DNA of 64,000 bases from contig CAVSHT010000005.1 in the NCBI GenBank assembly GCA_963727895.1, positions 352,001-416,000 on the forward strand. Reading direction: 5' to 3'. Both the position numbers and the translations under genes were made by a program. Under the pieces are notes generated by a model that did no database searches, was not told where the DNA came from, and saw only the letters and a program-made list of their open reading frames with translations. Below are positions 23,003-33,615 of this stretch, in pieces. Source of the DNA: an uncultured Methanosarcinaceae archaeon (GTDB lineage Archaea > Halobacteriota > Methanosarcinia > Methanosarcinales > Methanosarcinaceae). Position 1 is the first letter of the stretch. Every line of letters starts with the position of its first letter.

Positions 23003-23402
23003 AAGTCCATAAAAAATCGGTTGCAATATGGACTTTTTTATGGACTCTTTTCGGTATTGGTAGACAACTTGAAAAAAGCTTTATGGACTTTTATGGACTC
23101 TCAAAACGATATCCCAATACCGAAAAATCAAGAAGTCCATAAAATTTGGTCAAATTACACGTATATACGTAAATATATTCATACGCACGCATGAGTAAAT
23201 ATTAATTAATTTATGAAGTTCTAACATTATAAATTTGTTTATATGCGAATTCTTCCTATAAGGGTGTAGATTCTTTACGGACTTTATGGACTTTTATTAC
23301 TATATATACTTAGATGTATTCATACACTTATACCAATACCGAAAAGAGTCAAAAAAAAGGTCCATAAAAAAGTCCATAAAGGTCCATAAAATTATGGACT
23401 CT
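23003..23402. repeat. Iteron-like cluster (TATGGACT/AGTCCATA), putative replication origin
   Basis: About 12 exact or near copies in both orientations plus inverted TTTTCGGTATTGG/CCAATACCGAAAA around an AT-rich centre, directly after rep. Confidence 0.7.
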
Positions 23403-24082
23403 GATTGGGTGCCATAGAATTTTTCTTTATTAGTATAACATCGTTATTATTTATTTGACCATTAAATTTCAGGTCAGCCTATAGATAGTTAAATTTTTAA
23501 CGCTATTAAAATTTTTGTTCGAGGATATTTTGGAAGCGAGCCTTCGTACCTGGGCTAAGCCAAATATCCCCTAGGCTTGAACAATTATAGCTACGCAAGT
23601 AAGCAAGATCGTTATGCGAAGGCTACGAGGCTCCATAGAGGCTCTACGAGGATGAAAAGGTACAAATAAGAGGGATAGATGATTCACTCAAAGTATATTT
23701 ATCTTAAATAAGATCTAACAGCCCGAAAGATTCACTTCCAAAATATCCTCCAAATCCACTATAGCGGCTCTATATCTCGTATAAATGAAAATTAATAAAG
23801 CCTATGACTATTTTTATTACAAAGAATCTTATTAACTATTCCTATATTCTCTAAAATTTCGCAGTCTATTTTTTGAGATATTTAGGAAGGTTTAACAAAT
23901 CACCTAATCCACCTTTTTAAATTCAGACTTCACCTCTTTGTTACTTAATTCCCTAATAACTAATTCTAAATTTCTTAATTTTTATAAAGTTCATATCCAA
24001 AAGAAAAGTTTTAAGAATTTATCTGATATCTGATTATTAATATTTTAAAATAAAATCAAATATTATCAGAGGATTAAATATA

Positions 24083-25639
24083 ATGAAAAGTCATAACAAA
24101 ATTAAGTACAGAGATTTAATATCTGTAGTTCTAATTTTAGTTTTATTATTGGTATCATCTGTGGCATCTTTGGCCACTGCACAGACTGGTTCTTCCGGAA
24201 ATACTGCATATGTTACTAATGATGACGGAACTATTTCTATCATAAATACTGCATCAGACACTGTTATAGCCACAGTGCCTGTGGGAAATGATCCTTATGG
24301 AACTACAATTACTCCAGATGGAACAATAGTTTATGTGACAGATTACAAAGCTAACAAAGTTTATGGAATTGACACAGCTACAAATACTGTTACAGCCACA
24401 ATACCTGTAGGCGATGTCCCTTATGGCATTGCAGTTACGCCAGATGGAAAAAAGATCTATGTAGCAAATAATGGAGATAAGACAGTTTCGGTAATTGACA
24501 CAGCGTCAAATAGTGTTATAAAAACAGTTTCTGTGGATAGTAATCCTTATGGAGTAGCAGTTAACCCATCGGGAACGAAAGCATATGTAACAACCTCAGG
24601 TAGTAATTCTGTATATGTAATTGACACTTCAACAGATACTGTTACAGATAAAGTAACTGGATTAAGTGGTGCCTATGGAATTGCCTTTAATCCAGATGGT
24701 TCACAATATTACATAACAGAGAGGGGAACTAACAGTGTTTCTGTCATTGACAGTGAATCAGATAAGGTTGAGACGAGTGTACCTGTAGAAAAAGACCCAC
24801 ATGGAGTTGCAGTAAGTCCGGATGGAACAAAAGTATATGTGGCAAACAATGGAGATAACACCGTTTCTGTAATTGACACAGCCACAAATACCGTTACGGC
24901 TACAGTAAATGTTGGAAATGCTCCTTTTGGGGTTGGAGTTACATCAGATGGAACAAAAGTATATGTAGCTAACCGTGGACAAGATAATCGTCAATTAAAA
25001 ACTGTATCGGTAATTGACGCATCAAGCAATAATGTTATAAGTACGATAAATGTAGGAACCAATCCAAAGGCTTTTGGGTTATTTATAAGCAGTTATTCAT
25101 CAGCCACTGAATCTAATACAGGAACTTCTACTAATACAGGAACTTCTACTAATACAGGAACTTCTACTAATACAGGAACTTCTACTAATACAGGAACTTC
25201 TACTAATACAGGAACTTCTACTAATACAGGAACTTCTACTAATACAGGAACTTCTACTAATACAGGAAATTCGACTCTTTCTAAAGTTATTAACAATTAT
25301 AATAATATTACCATATATAATAAAACTAGTAATAATAATAACAATAATATAAATAGTGGAAATAATATTACAGGCAATAATATCAATATAGGAAATACTA
25401 CAAACAGTGGTAATAATATTAGTCATAGTAACATCGATAATAAAAATAATACGAGTAATAATAACATAAATGGCAATAATAATATAAATGGCAATAATAA
25501 TATAAATGGCAATAATAACATAAATGGCAATAATAACATAAATGGCAATAATAACAACTCTACAGAACATGGGTCTAGTTGGTTAGATGTTATTTATGAA
25601 GGTGTTATAGCCAAGCTGTTTGAGTTAATAAAATTGTAA
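24083..25639 (+). CDS. Secreted YVTN beta-propeller surface protein with Ser/Thr/Asn-rich tail
   Basis: Signal peptide, seven ~42-aa YVTN/PDG repeats, NTGTST and NNNING repeats. Confidence 0.9.
   Translation: MKSHNKIKYRDLISVVLILVLLLVSSVASLATAQTGSSGNTAYVTNDDGTISIINTASDTVIATVPVGNDPYGTTITPDGTIVYVTDYKANKVYGIDTATNTVTATIPVGDVPYGIAVTPDGKKIYVANNGDKTVSVIDTASNSVIKTVSVDSNPYGVAVNPSGTKAYVTTSGSNSVYVIDTSTDTVTDKVTGLSGAYGIAFNPDGSQYYITERGTNSVSVIDSESDKVETSVPVEKDPHGVAVSPDGTKVYVANNGDNTVSVIDTATNTVTATVNVGNAPFGVGVTSDGTKVYVANRGQDNRQLKTVSVIDASSNNVISTINVGTNPKAFGLFISSYSSATESNTGTSTNTGTSTNTGTSTNTGTSTNTGTSTNTGTSTNTGTSTNTGTSTNTGNSTLSKVINNYNNITIYNKTSNNNNNNINSGNNITGNNINIGNTTNSGNNISHSNIDNKNNTSNNNINGNNNINGNNNINGNNNINGNNNINGNNNNSTEHGSSWLDVIYEGVIAKLFELIKL
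25113..25270 (+). repeat. Coding 18-bp tandem repeat (CTAATACAGGAACTTCTA x8 plus partial)
   Basis: Direct reading; encodes NTGTST. Confidence 0.9.
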
Positions 25640-25646
25640 AGAAAAA

Positions 25647-25768
25647 GGCTCTGTAGAAAACTTATCTAAATCAGTTACTATAAGCTAAAAACCAATTTGC
25701 AAAAATATATCAATTAATTCAGTTAATATTAATTGGGACTTTTCGTATAAGAGGATATCTACAGAGCC
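25647..25768. mobile_element. MITE with GGCTCTGTAGA TIRs
   Basis: GGCTCTGTAGA ... TCTACAGAGCC. Confidence 0.65.
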
Positions 25769-25984
25769 AAAAAAGTATATTTAAATGTAAGAATTAAAGT
25801 ATATCCGAAAAGTTAGTAGTTATATTGAAAACGTTAAAATTTGAATTGGCTTTTATCCACAAGCTAATCAATTTTATAAATATAAGGATTCTGGATAATA
25901 ACCTTTATAGATGAACTCATCTAAATCAATAAAGATCATTGTGGTATTTCTTTAAACAGCTCTGGTAAATATGTTTAAATTCTT

Positions 25985-26116
25985 GGCTCTGTATAAATCT
26001 TTAATATTCAGGCGAAAATCAAAGTTAACAATAATTCAAAAAGTAATATCACTTATTGGATAGATTTGCCAGTTTCAATCTGCTGACAGTGGATTTGATA
26101 GGTTTTCTACAGAGCC
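25985..26116. mobile_element. Second MITE of the same family, opposite orientation
   Basis: GGCTCTGTAT ... GTTTTCTACAGAGCC; flanks AAATTCTT / AAATTCTG resemble an 8-bp TSD. Confidence 0.65.
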
Positions 26117-27211
26117 AAATTCTGATATCTCTGGTCTTTACCTTATTATGAATAAGGTCAATTCAATTTTAACCTTATTTTGACTTTTTTTCGCGATTTT
26201 TCGATGATGACTCGAAGCAGCCATTTAAGGTTAAAAGAATCTTAACTTTAGTAAGGGATATTTGAGTCGATTGTCGTTAGAAATTACCAAATAGCCCTTG
26301 GCTTGAACAATTATGGCTACTGAAGCCAGCAAACCCGCTATAGAGGAGCTACGAAGCTCCAGGATATGTCTACGTGGCTGAGATGGATAGATGAGGCTGA
26401 TTCGAGAGACCCGAAAGTCAGGCTGCTAATTTCCAAATATCCTAAAGCCTGCATATTTTGGGAATAGTTTAACTACATAATAACTCATTTTGTGATGGGT
26501 CTAGCAATAAGGTTTAGTCTTGGGCAAATAATATCCCTGCATCTATAAATTATGCTTAAGTCATTGACGCTTATGATAACGATTTTTATCTTAATCACGA
26601 GTTCTATGAATTACAAACGTTGCTCTGTAGAAATAGTAGGGGCAAAGCATATGAAATACCCTAGTTATTTGATAAATCCAAACTCCTAAAGTACATTATT
26701 TTTGTGAAGATTACGGCCTTCTTTTCTAGATATAATACACCTCTCTCCTTTTAGTGGAATAAAAGACCTTAATAGCTTAGTTCTACAGGAAAAAACTTCA
26801 CATGTGTGGTAGGAGTGGATATAAAGGACTGTCGGAAGACATAGAAGGGATCTCTCGTCTCAAATGTTTTAAACTCAATTTTAAACGGATATGTGATGAG
26901 GGTTAAAAAATTGTTATTTTTAGAATCTACCTATTTTGAAGATCAAGTGTTATAAAGCTTTAAACTCGCTTTTTGATTTTTATTTAAGATCCTAAAAATA
27001 AGTATGTTTATATGCAAAAATTAACTAGTTGATTTCGATTGTAAGTACCATCAGATCAAATGTAACCTAATAAGATAAAAAAAAGTAATGTCTATTTAAT
27101 AAAAAACATTAGTTCTCTAAAACCCATAGAAATTCCCTAAAATTCTATTAGGTTTCGATTGTTGGTATTTTTAGATCAAATTAAACCCAAGATTAATACG
27201 GAGGAAACGTA

Positions 27212-27604
27212 ATGCGAAAAAATATGTTTAAAACAGTATGTATTTTTACATTGGTCTTTTTAGTTCTGTCAATGACAGGAGCAGCATGCAGTAACAGTTG
27301 TAAAACAAAAACAGATGCAAGAAACGATGTTTTTACATGTAGCTGTAAATCTTGTTGCCATAATGTTCTGAGTAACGACAAAGGATGCAGCCTTAAAGTT
27401 ACAAACACAGGAACTATCAAGACCAAACTCGGCGGCACAGTAAAGATGTCCAGCAACGGTAAGTTCTGTTACACAAAACCAGCAAGCTGCAAATCTTGCA
27501 CTGACAGTTTCAAATACTGTGTAAAAGGTAAAAATGGATCTGATTGTGCAACCGTTACAATTAAAAACAGTTGCTCAAGCTGTTCAAGCTGCTCAACCTG
27601 CTGA
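27212..27604 (+). CDS. Secreted Cys-rich protein with cadherin/Ig-like repeat features
   Basis: Signal peptide; ARNDVFT, NVLSND, GTVKMSSNGKFCYT, DSFKY, ATVTI; many Cys in CxxC clusters. Confidence 0.7.
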   Translation: MRKNMFKTVCIFTLVFLVLSMTGAACSNSCKTKTDARNDVFTCSCKSCCHNVLSNDKGCSLKVTNTGTIKTKLGGTVKMSSNGKFCYTKPASCKSCTDSFKYCVKGKNGSDCATVTIKNSCSSCSSCSTC

Positions 27605-28433
27605 AAGTACCTTCAGTACTTGATTCGGTAGGAATACTTTTGCAATCAAACACATTAAAGGGAAAAGGAAGGGTTGATCTTCCGGGGTTTAAACCCTAAA
27701 TCCCTTAATGCTTTTACTTAATTACTATCTATTTTTACCCGTTCTTGATGTTGATAGAACTGAATTCTATTTTGCTGGGATATTTTATCCTCAGCGTGGC
27801 AATATTACCACTTCTTCAATCCTAGCTTAAGGATATTGGCTTGCCAATCACACTTATTACACTAATATCCCCTAAACCCACTACAGCGGCTCTATATATC
27901 TTACAGTAGCCAGCCTGCCCGATGCGTTGTTACCCACACATCGGAGTGCTGAGATGGGATGTTAGTGTTGATCCTTTTACCCAATACAGCTATGTTTTGG
28001 AAAGAGTTAAGACTTGGAAAAACTTGGTTTCTGGGGCTGGTAAAAGCTCAAGTAGATTCCTTTATGGTTTGTAATCAGTTAAAACAGAATTATCTTTAGG
28101 AAATGAAAATATTTGAAATTATATTTTTCTCATTCCTTAGTATATCCCTAGCAGATATTTTTTGCAACAAAACTCTGTGTAGTCTATGTCTGTGATAAAC
28201 TTTCAACATTTAATTACATTTGTCTGGAGGCAAAAATGCTATCGTTTAATTTTCACCAAATAATACAAGAACCAAAATTACTTGCATCTGTTTTAAAAAC
28301 GCTATCAAGAAAAATATTAGTTTAAAAAATAATGTGGGATCTTGAATATACATAAACAAATATAAAATTATTATCCCCTATGAATCAATAAAAAAGAAAG
28401 TTTTAATAATTATACTTTATTTTAAGTATTCAG

Positions 28434-30004
28434 ATGATTACAAAGGAAGATATAGAAATATCAATTGATAAAAAAGTATATTTGTCTCTTTTAATTATAT
28501 TTTTATTTCTTCTTTCATTAACGGCATCGATAGCTGCTGCACAAACTGCATATATCACTAATGATGATGGAACGGTTTCTGTCATAAATACTGCATCAGA
28601 CATTGTTATAGCCACAGTGCCTGTGGGAAATGATCCTTATGGAACTACAATTACTCCAGATGGAACAATAGTTTATGTGACAGATTACAAAGCTAACAAA
28701 GTTTATGGAATTGACACAGCTACAAATACTGTTACAGCCACAATACCTGTAGGCGATGTCCCTTATGGCATTGCAGTTACGCCAGATGGAAAAAGATCTA
28801 TGTAGCAAATAATGGAGATAAGACAGTTTCGGTAATTGACACAGCGTCAAATAGTGTTATAAAAACAGTTTCTGTGGATAGTAATCCTTATGGAGTAGCA
28901 GTTAACCCATCGGGAACAAAAGCATATGTAACAACCTCAGGTAGTAATTCTGTATATGTAATTGACACTTCAACAGATACTGTTACAGATAAAGTAACTG
29001 GATTAAGTGGTGCCTATGGAATTGCCTTTAATCCAGATGGTTCACAATATTACATAACAGAGAGGGGAACTAACAGTGTTTCTGTCATTGACAGTGAATC
29101 AGATAAGGTTGAGACGAGTGTACCTGTAGAAAAAGACCCACATGGAGTTGCAGTAAGTCCGGATGGAACAAAAGTATATGTAGCTAACCGTGGACAAGAT
29201 AATCGTCAATTAAAAACTGTATCGGTAATTGACGCATCAAGCAATAATGTTATAAGTACGATAAATGTAGGAACCAATCCAAAGGCTTTTGGGCTATTTA
29301 TAAGCAGTTATTCATCAGCCACTGAATCTAATACAGGAACTTCTACTAATACAGGAAATTCAAATAATAATAATAATAATAATTATAATAATAATAATAA
29401 TAATTATAATAATAATCTTGATGTAACTGATATATATCTTGAAAATAATAAACAAAAAGCAAAACTTGCATTCAATCCTACTCCACAAATGATATTTGGT
29501 AAATCAAAAAAAGTTGATGCATACATTACTACGAATCTATCAAAGAATATTTCTCAAGAATACGGATTAAATGGAACACTTCAATCTAAGAATATTAATG
29601 CAACACCAACAGTGAGAGTTACATTAACAGGTGAAACTGGAGCTTTTAACATAGAGACAATCCCTCCGAATTCGAATGGAATTCAGAACATAACAAACGA
29701 TATTGTATATTGGAATTGGCAAGTAACACCACTAGAATCGGGAAAGCATAAACTTTTCTTATCTGTTGAATATGTAATACCTCTAAATGATTATGACTCT
29801 CAAAATTACAAGACTCTCAAAGACATAGAGGAAGAAATAAATGTAAAATCAAACTACGATTATTGGTTTTCAAAATATTTGTGGGAAATACTTGGTGCTA
29901 TAGTTGGAATAGTTGGTATGATAAGTAGTATACTAACTATACTGGAGTTTATACGAAAATTTATACAAGAGTTCCTTAACAAGCATAAAAAAGAGAATAG
30001 TTAA
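28434..30004 (+). pseudogene. Second YVTN beta-propeller gene, frameshifted, with poly-Asn linker, beta-rich domain and C-terminal TM anchor
   Basis: Near-identical to ~24240-25140; one A missing at ~28790 (GGAAAAAGATC vs GGAAAAAAGATC); one 126-bp repeat absent. Confidence 0.85.
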
Positions 30005-30349
30005 GATGATATTGATTAATAGTACTATACTCTAAAGTGTTGGCTACGACAATTTTACATTTGGCATTTTATGAGTATAACTTAAATGAATGATGATTCT
30101 ATTTTTTCCTGCCTGAACTCTATTTTTTCATTAAGGGTTCTCTAGGTATAAGTATTAATGGGCTATCTTTCAGGGTATATATTAAATTTCAAAGTTACTG
30201 CAACGTTTCATTAATTTTTTCAAATTTACTTTCCACTTTATAGACATTTTACCAAATAGACCTAAATATTACATCCAATACTCCACAATAAACGTAGGAA
30301 GGCTACGAGATTGTAGGGGGCTAAAAAGAGGGTTGTGGGAATTTGGTGC

Positions 30350-30766
30350 TTATTTCCGCTCTGCCAACTCATATCCCTGCTCAATCACGTTTACCAACCA
30401 ATCGTTCAAAAACTCATTAAGCTCCTTCTTGAGCTTTGGGCTATACTTTCCTGGCTCTGGATATACCTCTTGATAAATGCCCAGATAGTCGTTTTGAAAA
30501 GTAAGAGCCTCGGCGGATTTTGAAGCTGGGTATATCTTGACTTGCACATCTGGGTCCGCCATCACATCACCGTTCTGGATGCCATTATGAGCTAGAGCAA
30601 TAATATCATTCAAGAGGTTATCTACACTAAGATCCATAAGGCCCGAAGCCTTGAATTTCATATACTCGGCTTGCATAACCCCGGTTTCGTCCAATATCCC
30701 CAGTTCTTGTAGGTTTCTATAAATCGATTCATATATTGTCTGTTTTATTTTACCCACCCACTTCAT
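30350..30766 (-). CDS. Conserved MGE hypothetical protein (DUF1249/DUF6908-like)
   Basis: MDLSVD...ALAHNGIQNGDVMADPD...AEALTFQND...LNEFLNDWL.N..EQGY pattern. Confidence 0.65.
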   Translation of the reverse strand: MKWVGKIKQTIYESIYRNLQELGILDETGVMQAEYMKFKASGLMDLSVDNLLNDIIALAHNGIQNGDVMADPDVQVKIYPASKSAEALTFQNDYLGIYQEVYPEPGKYSPKLKKELNEFLNDWLVNVIEQGYELAERK

Positions 30767-30917
30767 ATTATTTTATAATGTATATATAATTCCTTCCTCA
30801 TGTATTTTTGGTAATTTTCGATATAGTGAGCCAGTCGTTGGGGATATTTTGGTCGCAGAACTTCGAAGTCACTCGCTACCAAATATTACATAAAGTTTGA
30901 ACTTTATATATAATTAC

Positions 30918-31154
30918 ATGGAGAAAAGTTTATCAACCGAGCCACCAGTTCAAGTTACGAATAAACACAAGACTTTAGTTGATGTCTGTTTTTCTATTGC
31001 TGCATGCATTGGGTACACACAAGGTGTGTTCACAATATCTGATCTAATACTATTTTTCTGTTTGGTGATCATTCTAAACTTTGTAAGTATTTATATCGAA
31101 ATTGACGCCACGAGAATAGGAAAAATCAAACAGTTGATTAGAGAATGTAAATAA
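30918..31154 (+). CDS. Small two-TM membrane protein
   Basis: Hydrophobic hairpin; ATG at 30918. Confidence 0.5.
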   Translation: MEKSLSTEPPVQVTNKHKTLVDVCFSIAACIGYTQGVFTISDLILFFCLVIILNFVSIYIEIDATRIGKIKQLIRECK

Positions 31155-31234
31155 GTTACCGATCGGGGCTTTAAATAGTCGGCCCCGAATGTATATATTG
31201 TTAAACGGATATAGCGACAAAAAACGAAAATAAA

Positions 31235-31426
31235 TCACGATTCACAGGTTCCAGCTGTGAGTTGTGAAAGACGTAGAAGCATAATTTATCAGTATTTTTT
31301 TGAAGTGATTATCGAGAAGGATTAATATCCAGCCAGACAAAAATGCTAGCGTTGGAATGATTGGAAAATTTATTTCAATCATTCTAAAAAAAATCACAAC
31401 TCACAGCAGGTAACTGCGAATTGTGA
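31235..31426. repeat. Pair of 33-bp palindromic sites (13-7-13) in inverted orientation
   Basis: TCACGATTCACAG-GTTCCAG-CTGTGAGTTGTGA (31235-31267) and TCACAACTCACAG-CAGGTAA-CTGCGAATTGTGA (31394-31426). Confidence 0.8.
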
Positions 31427-31603
31427 AGTCAATTGTTAAGCGTATAGAGTGATGCAGTATCACCAAATTCATCTTATTTTTCTATTTTAGTTTTGTTTAA
31501 TCTAATATCGTGTCGCTTGTTGCTGATTCCCAAACAATATATATTTATACATTTAGTACTATAATAATTTTTGTCTAAAAATAATTAAGTTGGAGGATCA
31601 ATA

Positions 31604-32008
31604 ATGACAAACACACAGAAATTAGATGTGGAATCATATTTCGAAGCAAATAGCAAATTTTTTGAAAGTGGGGATAGTAATGGCAAGAAGGCGTTTTTCT
31701 TATTGGGCCAATACACTAGAAAGGTCATGGAATGCCAAGAGAAAGTCATAGCCGAGAATGGTGGCGAGGATAAATATCAAAAGAGATTGACAAGCCTGGT
31801 GCGAAGCAATATGACCTATAGGGTCTTCGCAGAGCTTAACAAATTGCTTGATGATATAGCACTAAAATGTGACGCAAAGCTGTTTTACACCCACAACGGC
31901 CTGTCAAAACAATATATGATAAACGCAGAGCTACCCAATGACAAAAAGGCTTTGCCTGTAGAAGATAGTAACACAGCTTTTTCGTTGGGACTTTGCCAGA
32001 AATTTTAA
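31604..32008 (+). CDS. Stand-alone Cas11b-like protein (similar to the C-terminal domain of type I-B Cas8b/TM1802)
   Basis: Own SD (GGAGG); pattern ESYFE..SKFF...KKAFFLLG....VM..Q ... SKQYMINA ... VEDSNTAFSLGL resembles the Cas8b C-terminal helical bundle as recalled; no HMM run. Confidence 0.7.
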   Translation: MTNTQKLDVESYFEANSKFFESGDSNGKKAFFLLGQYTRKVMECQEKVIAENGGEDKYQKRLTSLVRSNMTYRVFAELNKLLDDIALKCDAKLFYTHNGLSKQYMINAELPNDKKALPVEDSNTAFSLGLCQKF

Positions 32009-32114
32009 GCCTCTAGAAGCATCGGTATATTTGGGTGGAACAATTAATCCACCCAATATCCTTAAACATCGCCTAGAGGTTGTATGTATCTTAAGGGGTC
32101 TAGCGTTACTTGGG

Positions 32115-32495
32115 TTATATTCTTGGTTTTATTCTTTGTATCGCAATGGTTCGATCATCAGAAACAGCGATGTCTAAATACCACAGCCAATTAACTGCCT
32201 GACCAGTGCTAAAATTGTTATCATGAAAAATGTTTTCAAAAATTTTTTTCACGCCAAAATGTTGCTTACTATATTCTTTTCGCCACAATTCTGATTCATT
32301 TGATTCTTCAGTTGGATATATGGCATATATCCCGCGATAGTTTTTTGAGCGGTGTCCCTCTTTCTCAGCGCCATCAGCACCAAGAGCGTTCATAGCCTTA
32401 ATGACATCATATCTACTTACCCATATAGGCTCGTGTGTTTTCGTGCTTATGAGTATCTTTTTTACTCCATTCTCATACTTTTCTTTTATTCTCAT
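32115..32495 (-). CDS. Hypothetical protein
   Basis: 126-aa ORF with upstream TATA-like TTTATA. Confidence 0.55.
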   Translation of the reverse strand: MRIKEKYENGVKKILISTKTHEPIWVSRYDVIKAMNALGADGAEKEGHRSKNYRGIYAIYPTEESNESELWRKEYSKQHFGVKKIFENIFHDNNFSTGQAVNWLWYLDIAVSDDRTIAIQRIKPRI

Positions 32496-33093
32496 TTTGT
32501 GTGCCCCATTTAATAGATATGGGACTAAAACAGTATAAAGTTTATTTAAAATTAGAAAGAAATATATTAAAATAAAAATCAGATCAATAATTTTCTAGAT
32601 CCATTGTCCAAATAGGGATATAAGTCAAGAATAGACATAAGAATTATTAGCCGCCGTTGAGGTAATAATATGACAATAGTAAATGGTAGCAAGATTTACC
32701 GGTGGCGAACGAATGACAATATATAAAAGCAGTTCAAACTTTATGTATTTTTTTAAGTCGATATGGGTAACTGGCGAGCCGCTGAGGAGTATTATTATTT
32801 CGGCCCGCCTATTGGGAAATGTTTCTTTATTTCACTTTTTTACAATTCCATATTATACAACTGAACCTATATAAATTTTTATACCGTTAAATGCGATAGC
32901 GTGTGGCACCATAATATCCCTGTGAACTCTTCTTTTTTGTAGGCTTCTGTTGAGAAAGAAAATTTTAATTATTTTAATAATGTAAATCAATTTAAAACAT
33001 TTTGCTGATGCCGATTATTTAATAGTATATATACCGTACCGTAAAATAATTTATATATGTTGATGTCGTAATGATTACATTGGGAGTGGCAAT

Positions 33094-33291
33094 ATGAAAG
33101 GTCGTAAAAGAGTAACGATGAGATATGCACCTGACAGTCCTTGTATCAAAACAAGTCTAGTAATAACTCCAGAAGCACTTGAGATTCTTGATATTGAAAG
33201 AGGAAAAACATCAAGAAGTGAATTCATAGAGTCACTTATCATGGGAATATTCGTTGAACAATGTGAACTTGAAGGAATAAAAGTCGAATAA
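33094..33291 (+). CDS. Ribbon-helix-helix protein
   Basis: KTSLVITPEALEILDIERGKTSRSEFIESLI. Confidence 0.7.
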   Translation: MKGRKRVTMRYAPDSPCIKTSLVITPEALEILDIERGKTSRSEFIESLIMGIFVEQCELEGIKVE

Positions 33292-33435
33292 AAAATTATG
33301 GTGAAGAACACGTGACAGGGCCGTAAAACCTGTCACGATAGAACTAAGATAAACAATAAGTAATAGGGTTTCCTATTATAAATATCTTTTTCTGCCGTAA
33401 GTCGCGTGTTTTCACCTAAATAGAAGGTGAAGAAC

Positions 33436-33615
33436 ATGATAGACGAAGTTGTCAACAAATTAGAAAGAAAAGCGGTTCAAGAAATAATTGAGCCAACAAA
33501 AAGTAAAAAGTTCAAATTCCCGTCATTTGATCAAATTGCTAACGATATCATCGAGATCTACCGGAGAAACCCTTGGATCTTTAGTCCAAGGGAGGAACCG
33601 GCACTAAATACATAG
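33436..33615 (+). pseudogene. Small gene probably interrupted by the TnpB element
   Basis: SD AGGTGA; the 3' part of the ORF reads through the IS left-end hairpin; an open frame (KSAKKVPKSPIPKLFEEFEL...) follows the right end at ~34710. Confidence 0.45.

Noticed and set aside
25093..25570. Minus-strand ORFs with VEVPVL / CISRSS repeats
   Set aside because: Antisense shadows of the 18-bp coding repeats in the YVTN gene.
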